Assembly: GCA_043733905.1 (NCBI GenBank)
Contig: JAYTGA010000299.1
Coordinates: 85 to 64,084, forward strand
DNA length: 64,000 nucleotides
Reading direction: 5' to 3'
From: Segetibacter sp.
GTDB taxonomy: Bacteria; Bacteroidota; Bacteroidia; Chitinophagales; Chitinophagaceae
Shown: piece after piece, positions 1 to 9,147 of the stretch
Layout of the letters: the number at the start of each line of letters is the position of its first letter
How positions within the stretch are numbered: position 1 is the first letter of the stretch
Made by a program: the position numbers and the translations under genes
The notes under the pieces: model-generated
What the model saw: only the letters and a program-made list of their open reading frames with translations
What the model was told of the DNA's origin: nothing
Database searches by the model: none

Positions 1-229
1 CGGAGTATTGTTAAAGTTTAATTTAGAATATTGAATTTGCTATTGAATCCGAATATTAAAAAACGTTTTTGGTATTTGAAAATGTATGTGTTAACAAATT
101 ATATTTTTGGGAAAAATTGTACCAATTTGAGAAAATAGAAATTCTATACAGAGACTCAAGCCGCCGGGCTTCGTTGATGCAACGGAGCAGGTACTACTCT
201 TAACAATTTAAAAATCAAATGCAAAACCG

Positions 230-420
230 TGCGATTGTTTCATTTATTTTTAACGAACAACATTATACTTGGCAATGCACAAATATTGAACTCTAAGAAA
301 AGCGAAATACCCGTTGTAAAACAATTATTAGAATCATTGGGACTGTAGGGAGGGACTTGCGGTTTAAATGCGTTTCATTGCCAAAAATCTTCAAATAGAT
401 TTAGCTAATTTTTTGTTCTT
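230..420 (+). pseudogene. ISAs1-family transposase remnant
   Basis: Translates to IILGNAQILNSKKSEIPVVKQLLESLGL*GGTCGLNAFHCQK. This resembles the ISAs1 motif K.NEIP...LL..L.L.G...T.DALHCQK, with an in-frame TAG at 346-348. Confidence 0.6.
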
Positions 421-556
421 TCAAAAAACTAAAATGAACCGCAACGGCGTTTCAGGCAGCAGAAGAACAGTTTTAAACTTTACTATTAACATTTCTTAAA
501 AACCAGTTTACAATTTAAAAGATAGTTTTACACGGTATAATATTCTTACAAACTAT

Positions 557-2041
557 ATGAAGCGATATTTATTGACTACCCTTGCTTTCGCCATCACCCT
601 TTTTGGCATAGCACAAACGGATGCTAAAGGCAAAACCGCACACCATGAATCCGATGGTTACAATATCCCTATTACCTTAAAGCCCTACAAGAACACTTGG
701 GTTTATCTGGGTTGCTATTTTGGTAAATATAAAAACCTGGCAGACTCTGCATTTCTCGACGAAAAAAGTGAAGGCGTTTTTAAAGGCGGCAAAAAACTGC
801 CCCGGGGCATTTACTTTGCCGTGTCGCCGCAAAAGTTTTTGTTGTTCGAGTTCCTCATGGACAAAGACCAGCATTTTTCTGTGAAAGGAGACACGACCAA
901 ACTGGCAGAATACACTGTGACGGGTTCACACGAGAACGATTTGTTTTTAGACTATACAAGGTATCTGGCTAAAAAAGCTCCGGCTCTCAATGCTTTGCAA
1001 CAGCAGCTTGCATCTGCAAAAAACAAAAAAGATTCCGCTGACACCAGGGCAAAACTGGTGAATGGCAACAAAGAACTGGACGATTATCGCGATGGAGTTA
1101 TTAAAACAAATCCCACCTCGCTGCTGGCTAAATTTTTCTATACCATGAAGCGGCCCGAAGTGCCGGCTGTTCCCGTTGTGAAAGGCAAGCCAGATTCAGC
1201 TTATCCTTATCATTTTGTAAAAGACAACTGGTGGGACCAGGTTCCTTTTGATGAAGAGGCACTTGTAAGAACTCCCTTCTTTGAGCCAAAGCTTGACGAA
1301 TACCTGAAGTATTATGTCATTCCCGATGTTGACTCTACCATCAGTGATATTAATTACCTGCTGCTCATTTCCCGTGAAAACAAAGAAATGTTTCAATACC
1401 TGCTGGGCAAGTTTACCGACAAATACATTAACCCTGAATTTATGGGGCAGGACAAAGTATTTCTGTTTCTCTTCGATAAATATTACAGCAAGGGAGACAC
1501 ACTCTGGCTCAATGAAAAGCAGCGCAAATACATTTTTGACCGTGCCTACAGCCTGATGGCCAACCAACTGGGCGAGCAGGCCGCCGATCTGCAAATGCTG
1601 GATACAAGTAGCAAGTCTGTGTCGCTTTACGGCATCAATGCGCCTTATACTTTTGTTACTTTCTGGGATCCCAACTGCGGACATTGCAAAGAAACAGTGC
1701 CACGTGTGGACAGCATGTACCAGGCCAAGTGGAAGGCGCAGGGTGTAAAACTGGTTGGTGTAAATATTGACGAGGCCGCCAACGAAGCCTGGAAAAAATT
1801 CATTGTTGACCACAAGCTCGGCGACTGGATCAACATTTACCAGCCCAAAGCAGTGCGGGATGAAGAAACCAAAAAAGGAGTGGCAAATTTTCGCCAGTTG
1901 TACGATGTTTATAAAACCCCTACTCTATATTTGCTGGATAGCCAGAAACGCATCATTGGCAAAATGCTGACCATTGAACAGTTTGATGATGTACTCCAGG
2001 CAAAAATCAAAAAAACAGCGACACCTAATCCGTCAAAATAA
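557..2041 (+). CDS. Secreted thioredoxin-like (TlpA/AhpC-TSA) protein with DUF5106-type middle domain
   Basis: Signal peptide; C-terminal thioredoxin fold with WDPNCGHC (CxxC); length typical of the Bacteroidota family. Confidence 0.8.
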   Translation: MKRYLLTTLAFAITLFGIAQTDAKGKTAHHESDGYNIPITLKPYKNTWVYLGCYFGKYKNLADSAFLDEKSEGVFKGGKKLPRGIYFAVSPQKFLLFEFLMDKDQHFSVKGDTTKLAEYTVTGSHENDLFLDYTRYLAKKAPALNALQQQLASAKNKKDSADTRAKLVNGNKELDDYRDGVIKTNPTSLLAKFFYTMKRPEVPAVPVVKGKPDSAYPYHFVKDNWWDQVPFDEEALVRTPFFEPKLDEYLKYYVIPDVDSTISDINYLLLISRENKEMFQYLLGKFTDKYINPEFMGQDKVFLFLFDKYYSKGDTLWLNEKQRKYIFDRAYSLMANQLGEQAADLQMLDTSSKSVSLYGINAPYTFVTFWDPNCGHCKETVPRVDSMYQAKWKAQGVKLVGVNIDEAANEAWKKFIVDHKLGDWINIYQPKAVRDEETKKGVANFRQLYDVYKTPTLYLLDSQKRIIGKMLTIEQFDDVLQAKIKKTATPNPSK

Positions 2042-2053
2042 CCAAAAACTAAG

Positions 2054-3976
2054 ATGAAGAAACTTGCATTGGCTTTCATTGGCATTGCCTCCGTGGCTGC
2101 CTCGTATGCTCAAACTGTTTTTACTTTTGGTAAAAACGCAGTGTCTAAAGATGAGTTCGTGAGGGCTTTTAATAAAAACCCAAACATCAGCGGCGACCGC
2201 AAAAAAGCACTCAGGGAATACCTTGATCTTTACACCAACTTTAAACTAAAAGTGCAGGCCGCCTACGACGAAGGATTGGACAAAGATGCTACCCAACAAT
2301 ACGAGCTGCAAAATTTTAAACGACAGATTGCAGACAACATCATAAACGATCAGGCCAATGTGAAGCAACTGGTGAAAGAAGCATTTGACCGCAGCCAGAA
2401 AGACATTCATGTTGCACAAATCTTTGTGGAAGTCGGCCCTGACGAAGATTCTGCTGCGGCCTTCAAAACAATTAACACTGCCTGGAAAGAGTTGAAAGAA
2501 GGAAAAGATTTTGGCGAAGCCTCTGCATCTTACTCCACTGAAGAAAGTGTGAGGCAGTCAAAAGGTGACCTGGGCAAGATCACTGTTTTCACCCTTCCTT
2601 ACGAAATAGAAAACATAATCTACAGCCTGAAGCCGGGAACTTATTCTGCACCATTTCGTTCCAAAATCGGCTACCATATTTTTAAGAACATTAGCGAAAG
2701 CAAATCGCAGGGTTCGCGCCGTGTGGCGCAAATATTAATTGCTATGCCGCCCAACCCCACAGAAGAGCAAAAAGCTGCAGCTTCAAGAAAGGCAGACAGC
2801 GTTTATCAATTGGTTACCGGCAAAGAAAATTTTTCATCAGTTGTAGCTACGCTTAGCAATGATCTCAGCAGCAGCCCAACTAAAGGTGAACTGCCTGAAT
2901 TTACAATTGGCACCTACAATTCAACCTTTGAAAATGTTGCTTTTTCCCTCAGCAAACCCGGCGACATTTCAAAACCGTTTGCAACCAATCACGGCTACCA
3001 CATCATCAAGCTGCTGGAAGCAAAACCCGCCGCTGCCGACCTCAACGACGGATCGGTATATGCCGGTTTGCAGGATAAAGTATCAAAAGACAGCAGGCTC
3101 GAAAAATCAAAAAATGAGTTGATTGAAAAGCACCTGGCTCTCATTAAATACAAGCCTGCTGCTGTGAAAGAAAGCGAGCTGTTTGTTTATACAGACAGTG
3201 CCGTGCATAACAAGGGTGTCACAGGTTTTAAAACTATCAACGAAAACACAGTGTTATTTTCATTTGCGAAGCAAAATATTAAAGTTGCGGATTGGGTAAA
3301 ATACATCAAAGCCTCGCAGCAGAACAATGAAGAAGGCATCAAAAATTATTCGCCGTTTTACAAAAAATTCATCCGCACCTCAGCCGACGATTATTACCGC
3401 ACCAACCTGGGCGATTACAACGACGACTACACAAGACAAGTGAAGGAGTTTAAAGAAGCTAATCTGCTCTTTGGCATCATGGAAAAAAACGTGTGGGGAA
3501 AGGCTAATACGGATTCATTGGGGTTGCTGGCTTACTACAACCAGCATAAAGAAAAATACATGTGGCCTGCGAGTGCCAATGCCATTATAATAACTTGCAA
3601 CACTGAAAAACTGGCAGAAGAAATAGCGCAAAAAATAAAAGCAAACCCTTCAGACTGGAGGCAGATAACGGCAAACAATGGTTCAGATGTCATTGCCGAC
3701 AGCAGCCGCTACGAACTGTCTCAGTTACCCGTGCAGGAGCATACAGATTTTACAGAAAACCTGGTCACCATCCCGGTAAAAAACAAACAGGACGAATCTT
3801 ATACCTTCAACAATGTGTTGAAGGTGTATAAAGAACCGGGACAAAGAAATTTTGAAGATGCCCGTGGCATGGTCATCAGCGATTATCAGCAAGTTCTGGA
3901 AGCAAAATGGATAGAATCGCTGAGAAAGAAATATCCAGTTAAGGTAAATGAACAAGTGTTTGATACAATTAAATAG
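2054..3976 (+). CDS. Periplasmic parvulin-type peptidyl-prolyl isomerase (SurA/PpiC-like, two rotamase domains)
   Basis: Signal peptide; rotamase motifs SKGDLG...GYHIFK and GELPEF...GYHIIKL. Confidence 0.85.
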   Translation: MKKLALAFIGIASVAASYAQTVFTFGKNAVSKDEFVRAFNKNPNISGDRKKALREYLDLYTNFKLKVQAAYDEGLDKDATQQYELQNFKRQIADNIINDQANVKQLVKEAFDRSQKDIHVAQIFVEVGPDEDSAAAFKTINTAWKELKEGKDFGEASASYSTEESVRQSKGDLGKITVFTLPYEIENIIYSLKPGTYSAPFRSKIGYHIFKNISESKSQGSRRVAQILIAMPPNPTEEQKAAASRKADSVYQLVTGKENFSSVVATLSNDLSSSPTKGELPEFTIGTYNSTFENVAFSLSKPGDISKPFATNHGYHIIKLLEAKPAAADLNDGSVYAGLQDKVSKDSRLEKSKNELIEKHLALIKYKPAAVKESELFVYTDSAVHNKGVTGFKTINENTVLFSFAKQNIKVADWVKYIKASQQNNEEGIKNYSPFYKKFIRTSADDYYRTNLGDYNDDYTRQVKEFKEANLLFGIMEKNVWGKANTDSLGLLAYYNQHKEKYMWPASANAIIITCNTEKLAEEIAQKIKANPSDWRQITANNGSDVIADSSRYELSQLPVQEHTDFTENLVTIPVKNKQDESYTFNNVLKVYKEPGQRNFEDARGMVISDYQQVLEAKWIESLRKKYPVKVNEQVFDTIK

Positions 3977-4102
3977 GTTTTGGTTTCTCTGAAACCACGT
4001 TATGACTTTGCTAAAGTGGCTCATTCTTAAAAGAGTGAGCCACTTTTTTTTTGACAGGCTAATTTTCTTTGCGACCCACTTCCCGACTACCTTTGCTACA
4101 CC

Positions 4103-5230
4103 ATGCTTATTGCAGTTGATACTAGGTTTTTATTCGCTTCGCAAATGGCGGAATATCATGCTTTCACACAGGAAGTGTTTTTTCGCCTGGCTCAGTTGCA
4201 GCCAAATCATCGGTTCATTTTCTTTGTTGATAAATTGCCCATTGTTTCTTTTGAGCTTCCGCCAAATGTTTCTGTCATTACCATTACTCCAAAGCCTAAA
4301 AATTTTATTTCCTACAAGTGGTGGTACAATGTGAAACTGGCACTCGCATTACGAAAGCACAAACCCGATGTATTCATTGGCAGTTATGGTTTGTGCAGCA
4401 CAACCACATCCGTTCCACAGTTGTTGATTGTTCATGACCTCTCTTTTCTCCATAAGCAATCTGCACATCCGAAGCACAGCAGTTTGTTTTATAAAAAATC
4501 AACAAGAAACTGCCTGAACAAAGCTTCTGCTGTTGCAACGGTTTCGCAAAGTGTGAAAGATGAAATTGTATCAGCTTATCATTTTCCCGGAAACAAAATA
4601 ACCGTTTGCGGCAGCGCAGGCAGAACAGCTTTTGCGCCTGTGGAATGGGCAGAAAAAGAAGCTACTAAAGAGCGATACACTCATGGTTATGAATACTTCG
4701 TTTATCATGTAACAGACAATTCTGCTACGCAATTCATTCATGTGTTGAAAGCATTTTCCCTGTTCAAAAAATGGCAGCGAAGCAATATGAAACTGGTCGT
4801 CGCTGGTTATTCATTTAACCACATAAAACAAGAACAGCAACAGCTGGAAACTTACAAGTTCAGAAGCGATGTCATCCTGCTGGAACATTTGCCGCAGGCG
4901 GAAATGGCATTGCTGACCGGTTCTGCTTATGCCGCTGTTTACCCGGTTTTATATGAAGGATTTAGCCAACTAGCTTTGGAATGTTTGACCATGCAGGTTC
5001 CGGTGATTGCCTACGATATTCCCGTGGTGAAAGAGATATGTGGCGATGCAGCTTTGTATGTATATCCCGGCAATGAGTCACAACTGGCCGACCAATTGAA
5101 GTTGCTGTATAAAGACGAAAATCGCCGCAATCAACTGATTGAAAAAGGAGTTGAAAAAGCCAAGGAATATAGCTGGGATAAAACTGTGAGTGTGATTTTG
5201 GAAATGGTGAAAGACATTGAGCCAAAATGA
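4103..5230 (+). CDS. Glycosyltransferase family 4 (GT-B)
   Basis: MLIAVDTRFL N-terminus, VHDLSF, and YEGFSQLALE plus YSWDKT motifs of GT4. Confidence 0.85.
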   Translation: MLIAVDTRFLFASQMAEYHAFTQEVFFRLAQLQPNHRFIFFVDKLPIVSFELPPNVSVITITPKPKNFISYKWWYNVKLALALRKHKPDVFIGSYGLCSTTTSVPQLLIVHDLSFLHKQSAHPKHSSLFYKKSTRNCLNKASAVATVSQSVKDEIVSAYHFPGNKITVCGSAGRTAFAPVEWAEKEATKERYTHGYEYFVYHVTDNSATQFIHVLKAFSLFKKWQRSNMKLVVAGYSFNHIKQEQQQLETYKFRSDVILLEHLPQAEMALLTGSAYAAVYPVLYEGFSQLALECLTMQVPVIAYDIPVVKEICGDAALYVYPGNESQLADQLKLLYKDENRRNQLIEKGVEKAKEYSWDKTVSVILEMVKDIEPK

Positions 5231-5314
5231 TTTTTTAATACCCAACCTTACGAAACTTATTGCTTTAGAGTCTTTATGGTTTGTTTATTTTTGCCCCCTC
5301 ATCAATTTATAAAA

Positions 5315-5665
5315 ATGCAAACAAGTACAATTACCATTGACATACAATTAGATCACGAAAAAGTGCCTCAACAAATATCGTGGAAAGCCAGTGACAGCAG
5401 TGCAGACATGGCGCAAAAGGCCAAAGCATTTATGCTTGCTTTTTGGGATGGCGCAGACAAGTCGGCAATGCGCATTGACCTCTGGACAAAAGAAATGATG
5501 GTGGACGAAATGGCTGACTTTTTTTATCAGACTTTCATGACAATGGCCGACACTTACAACCGTGCCACAAAGCACACAGAACTAACCAACGACATAAAAG
5601 AGTTTGCAAAGAATTTCTATGAAAAATTTAAGGCTTCGCAAATGGAAACGAATAAGCTGCAGTAG
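5315..5665 (+). CDS. gldC: Gliding motility protein GldC
   Basis: Motifs ITIDIQLD.EKVP..I.W.A and MRIDLWTKEMMVDEM.DFFYQT are characteristic of GldC; start refined to ATG 5315. Confidence 0.9.
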   Translation: MQTSTITIDIQLDHEKVPQQISWKASDSSADMAQKAKAFMLAFWDGADKSAMRIDLWTKEMMVDEMADFFYQTFMTMADTYNRATKHTELTNDIKEFAKNFYEKFKASQMETNKLQ

Positions 5666-5670
5666 GAAAA

Positions 5671-5730
5671 GATGTTAGTATTTAGATGTCAGTATTTAGA
5701 CAAAACAAAGAACTACAAACAAAGAACTTC
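5671..5730. repeat. Two adjacent 14-bp tandem duplications (GATGTYAGTATTTA x2; AAACAAAGAACTWC x2)
   Basis: Read directly at 5671-5698 and 5703-5730, between gldC and yqeY. Confidence 0.8.
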
Positions 5731-5749
5731 ACTAAAACACAAACAAATC

Positions 5750-6202
5750 ATGAATCTGGAACAACGAGTAATGGCAGAAATGAAAGATGCTATGAAAAGC
5801 AAGAACGAAGCTGCTTTGCGTGGACTGCGAGCCATTAAAGCAGCCATCATTATCGCCAAAACTGCTGAAGGCGCAGGTGGCGAACTAAAGGCCGAAGACG
5901 AAACCAAACTGGTGCAAAAACTGGTGAAGCAACGCAAAGACAGCCTGGAGATTTACGAAAAACAAAACCGGGAAGACCTGGCTAAAACTGAGCGGGAAGA
6001 AATCAGCATTTTAGAAAAATTTCTACCAGAACAAATGACCGATGAAGAACTGCGAAGTCAATTAGCGGTACTGATTGCAGAGTTGGGAGCTACATCTCCA
6101 GCCGACATGGGCAAAGTGATGGGAGCAGCTACCAAACATTTTGCCGGAAAGGCAGAAGGCAAAGCCATTTCAGCAGCAGTAAAAGATTTGCTGAACAAAT
6201 AA
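5750..6202 (+). CDS. GatB/YqeY domain protein
   Basis: MKDAMKSK...LRAIKAAI...KQRKDS...E..ILEKFLPEQM...DMGKVMG pattern; start refined to ATG 5750. Confidence 0.9.
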   Translation: MNLEQRVMAEMKDAMKSKNEAALRGLRAIKAAIIIAKTAEGAGGELKAEDETKLVQKLVKQRKDSLEIYEKQNREDLAKTEREEISILEKFLPEQMTDEELRSQLAVLIAELGATSPADMGKVMGAATKHFAGKAEGKAISAAVKDLLNK

Positions 6203-6247
6203 TCATATGGTTTTGCTCAGCAATCCACTTTTGAATTGTAAAACAAA

Positions 6248-6733
6248 ATGAAGAAAATAAAACCATTAAAAATCTTTGATGGAAATTTTGGAGAATTTGT
6301 TCAATATGTTTTCAATGAAAAAAAACCTGACAATACAGTTATCATTATTGGCAACATTAAAGATGTTATCAAAAAAGACCTTGAAAGCAACGGAACGGAA
6401 TTGCGGTCGAATGTAATTGTCATATCTGACAAGAAACTGCTCCGTGCGGTGAGAGATGCAAAAATGAGCAGAGGCAAATCCATAGCCATTGAAAGGCTCC
6501 ATGAAATTGTGGAGGCAATAGAAAATCCGCTGGCAATTTTGAAAGATAAAAGAGGCGGACAACTGGTTTACATTTATGCAAATCAGTATAATGAACTGAT
6601 TGTTAAGATAGTGATGGAGCCCAATACTAATATGGATGGCAACATCATTAATCTGGCAAAATCTATTGGCATTGTCGAGAAAAGAGTGCTGACCGATACA
6701 AACACATACGACGTGATTTTTGGCAAAATATAA
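6248..6733 (+). CDS. Putative phage BECR-fold (Barnase/EndoU/colicin E5-D/RelE-like, PBECR/MuF C-terminal type) ribonuclease
   Basis: 161 aa, visibly AT-rich. The pattern IVISDKKL...K..RG...ENPLAILKDK...LVYIY...KIVMEPN...N...SIGIV...IFGKI recalls C-terminal toxin domains of phage MuF head proteins (by eye). Confidence 0.5.
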   Translation: MKKIKPLKIFDGNFGEFVQYVFNEKKPDNTVIIIGNIKDVIKKDLESNGTELRSNVIVISDKKLLRAVRDAKMSRGKSIAIERLHEIVEAIENPLAILKDKRGGQLVYIYANQYNELIVKIVMEPNTNMDGNIINLAKSIGIVEKRVLTDTNTYDVIFGKI

Positions 6734-6754
6734 AGGCATCCGAAGATGCCTTTA
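6731..6754 (-). terminator. Intrinsic terminator hairpin TAAAGGCATC-CGAA-GATGCCTTTA
   Basis: Perfect 10-bp inverted repeat. On the minus strand the loop is cUUCGg followed by UUUAUAUUUU. Confidence 0.75.
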
Positions 6755-6755
6755 T

Positions 6756-6842
6756 GAGTTGGAGAGCCGCTTACCTTCTCATGACATAGCACTTTATGGG
6801 TGGCATGTAACTGGCCGAAGCGAAATTTCCAGTTGTCAACTC
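6756..6842 (-). ncRNA. Candidate ~87-nt cloverleaf (four-way junction) small RNA
   Basis: Minus strand: closing stem GAGUUG/CAACUC plus arms AACUGG/CCAGUU, ACAUGCCAC/GUGCUAUGU (7-nt loop) and GAGA/UCUC. It lies between a TATCTTTA promoter-like box and the UUCG terminator. Confidence 0.55.
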
Positions 6843-6846
6843 GCTG

Positions 6847-6854
6847 TAAAGATA
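6847..6854 (-). promoter_or_regulatory. Bacteroidota -7-like box TATCTTTA(CAGC) for the candidate sRNA
   Basis: One mismatch to TAnnTTTG, placed 4 nt before the 5' end of the closing stem. Confidence 0.5.
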
Positions 6855-6895
6855 CTGAATTTTATAAACCTCAATAACAACCCATTTCCCCAAAA

Positions 6896-7435
6896 ATGAT
6901 TATTGACCTCATTTGCCTCATTTTGCTGGTGCTGGCTATTTTCAAAGGAATGAGCAGGGGATTTATTGTGGCTGTTTTTTCTTTCGTTGCCTTCTTGGGG
7001 GGCATGGCAGCAGCCTTGAAGCTGTCGGCGACTGTGGCAGAAAGGCTCCATCAAAAAATGAATTTATCGGGCTACTGGTTGCCCATTCTTTCTTTCATGC
7101 TTGTGTTCACAGCGGTTGCTTTTGCCATCAGGTTCGGGGCAAAACTGGTGAAGAAAGTGGCAGGCATCTTTTTTCTCGGCTGGTTAGATTCGCTGCTGGG
7201 TGTGGTCTTATATGCAGCCATGTACCTTATGGTTTATAGTGTTATTTTGTTTTTTGCAACACGCATTTACCTGGTTTCCAACGAGGCCAGGCACTCATCT
7301 AAAACCTACAGTTACATTGCTCCTTTTGGGCCGAAAGTCATAGGAGGCATTGGCAAAGTTGTTCCTTTTTTCAGCCACATATTTTCCGATCTTGGCAGTT
7401 ATTTTGAAACAGTTACAAAAAAGCAACGTACTTGA
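6896..7435 (+). CDS. cvpA: CvpA (colicin V production) family membrane protein
   Basis: MIIDLICLILLVLAIFKGMSRGF...LGWLDSLLG pattern; hydrophobic; follows yqeY. Confidence 0.85.
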   Translation: MIIDLICLILLVLAIFKGMSRGFIVAVFSFVAFLGGMAAALKLSATVAERLHQKMNLSGYWLPILSFMLVFTAVAFAIRFGAKLVKKVAGIFFLGWLDSLLGVVLYAAMYLMVYSVILFFATRIYLVSNEARHSSKTYSYIAPFGPKVIGGIGKVVPFFSHIFSDLGSYFETVTKKQRT

Positions 7436-7582
7436 AAAACACATTGTGCAACTTTTCATTTACTTTAGCAGTGTAATGATGCGCCATGATAAAAAGTCAA
7501 ACAACTATTATTTAAAAAAATAGTTTAATTACGATTGGTTTTGCCTGCTTTTCATTTACAGCGTCATAAGAATGTACCCGAG

Positions 7583-8362
7583 ATGAATTACGAAATTAAA
7601 CAACTGGACAAATTTAAATACATTGAAACAGGAAGCGGCGAACCGCTGGTTTTGCTTCATGGTTTGTTTGGTGCATTAAGCAATTTTAAAGACCTGATAG
7701 ACCATTTTAGTAAAAGCTATACAGTTGTAGTACCCATGCTGCCTTTGTTTGAATTGGATATTTTTCACACAACGGTAGGTGGTCTTGCCAAATATGTTCA
7801 TCGGTTTATTGAAGCCAGAGGTTTTAACAATGTGCATCTTATGGGCAATTCCCTGGGTGGTCATGTAGCCTTGGTTCATATTTTAAAACATCCGGAAAGA
7901 ATAAAAACCCTGACTCTCACCGGCAGTTCGGGACTGTTTGAAAGCGGCATGGGAGACAGCTATCCAAAACGGGGCGATAAAGATTACATCCGCAAAAAGA
8001 CAGAACTTACCTTTTTTGACCCGGCCATGGCAACTGAAGAGTTGGTGAATGAAGTCTTTGAAATCACCAACAACCGCATTAAAGTCATTAAAATTATAGC
8101 ATTGGCTAAGAGTGCCATCCGCAACAACCTGGGCGAAGAACTGAAGAATGTGAAGCAGCCAACCTGCCTCATTTGGGGAAACAACGATACCATCACTCCG
8201 CCATTTGTTGCAGAAGAATTTCAAAAACTGATCCCTAACAGTGAGTTGCATCTGATAGACAAATGTGGCCACGCACCCATGATGGAAGTGCCGGGAGAAT
8301 TCAATCTTATTTTAGAACAATTTCTAAGCAAGCATAAACAGGCTGCTACTACGTTGGCTTAG
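7583..8362 (+). CDS. Alpha/beta fold hydrolase
   Basis: LHGLFG, GNSLGG nucleophile elbow, and GHAPMME catalytic His; start refined to ATG 7583. Confidence 0.9.
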   Translation: MNYEIKQLDKFKYIETGSGEPLVLLHGLFGALSNFKDLIDHFSKSYTVVVPMLPLFELDIFHTTVGGLAKYVHRFIEARGFNNVHLMGNSLGGHVALVHILKHPERIKTLTLTGSSGLFESGMGDSYPKRGDKDYIRKKTELTFFDPAMATEELVNEVFEITNNRIKVIKIIALAKSAIRNNLGEELKNVKQPTCLIWGNNDTITPPFVAEEFQKLIPNSELHLIDKCGHAPMMEVPGEFNLILEQFLSKHKQAATTLA

Positions 8363-8409
8363 TATTTGTCAAAAAATAAATCAATGGCTTCAACAGGCCA
8401 TTACCCAAC

Positions 8410-9069
8410 ATGTTAGCAAATCAACTGATAACCACTCATTACCCAACAACAGAACCCGACGACAAAGTGCTGCGGGCTTTGCAATTGATGGATGATTTTG
8501 ACATACTTCACATTCCTGTGCTTGAGCAAAACAAATACCTCGGCATCATTAGCAAAGATGATTTGCTGGATGTGGAAGAAGATGCGCCTGTGAAGGCAGC
8601 CATGTCTTCCATGCTAACGAAAGCAATAAAGGCGGATGAATTTTTTTTAGCCGGTCTTAAATTGGCTTCGCAAAATGGTCTGACAATGGTGCCGGTGGTG
8701 GACAACCAACATGATTGGGTAGGTGCAATCACCTGCACTGACTTGCTCAAGACTCTTTCCAAATTTTTAGGAGCTGAAGACCCGGGTGCCGTCATTGTTT
8801 TAGAAATGGAACACAAGAGTTATTCCTTTGGCGAAATAAGCCGTTTGGTAGAAACAAACGATGCCTACATTACACAGTTCAATACCACAACAGAATCCGA
8901 AACAGGACTGCTGATTGTGACACTTAAAATTAACAAGACTGAAATCTCGGACATTTTAGCCACCTTTCAGAGATATGAATACAGCATTCGCTATTTCATT
9001 GGTGAAGAGCAATATGAAAACGAACTTCGTTACAACTATGACCACCTGATGTCTTATTTAAAAGTATAA
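8410..9069 (+). CDS. CBS domain-containing protein (AcuB-like)
   Basis: Tandem CBS pair followed by an ACT-like C-terminus (SLSEI-like YSFGEISRLVETND). Confidence 0.85.
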   Translation: MLANQLITTHYPTTEPDDKVLRALQLMDDFDILHIPVLEQNKYLGIISKDDLLDVEEDAPVKAAMSSMLTKAIKADEFFLAGLKLASQNGLTMVPVVDNQHDWVGAITCTDLLKTLSKFLGAEDPGAVIVLEMEHKSYSFGEISRLVETNDAYITQFNTTTESETGLLIVTLKINKTEISDILATFQRYEYSIRYFIGEEQYENELRYNYDHLMSYLKV

Positions 9070-9080
9070 ATCAAGAATTT

Positions 9081-9133
9081 ATAAAAACAGGAAAGCCGAT
9101 GATTGAATCAATCATCGGCTTTCCTGTTTTTAT
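9081..9133. terminator. Bidirectional intrinsic terminator
   Basis: 24-25 bp perfect inverted repeat ATAAAAACAGGAAAGCCGATGATT / AATCATCGGCTTTCCTGTTTTTAT between convergent genes. Confidence 0.85.
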
Positions 9134-9147
9134 GAAAATCTTCCACC

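Noticed and set aside
6756-6842. Genuine tRNA gene
   Set aside because: Cloverleaf-like, but it lacks the TTCRA T-loop, D-loop GG, U33 and the 7-bp acceptor stem; kept only as a tRNA-like ncRNA candidate.
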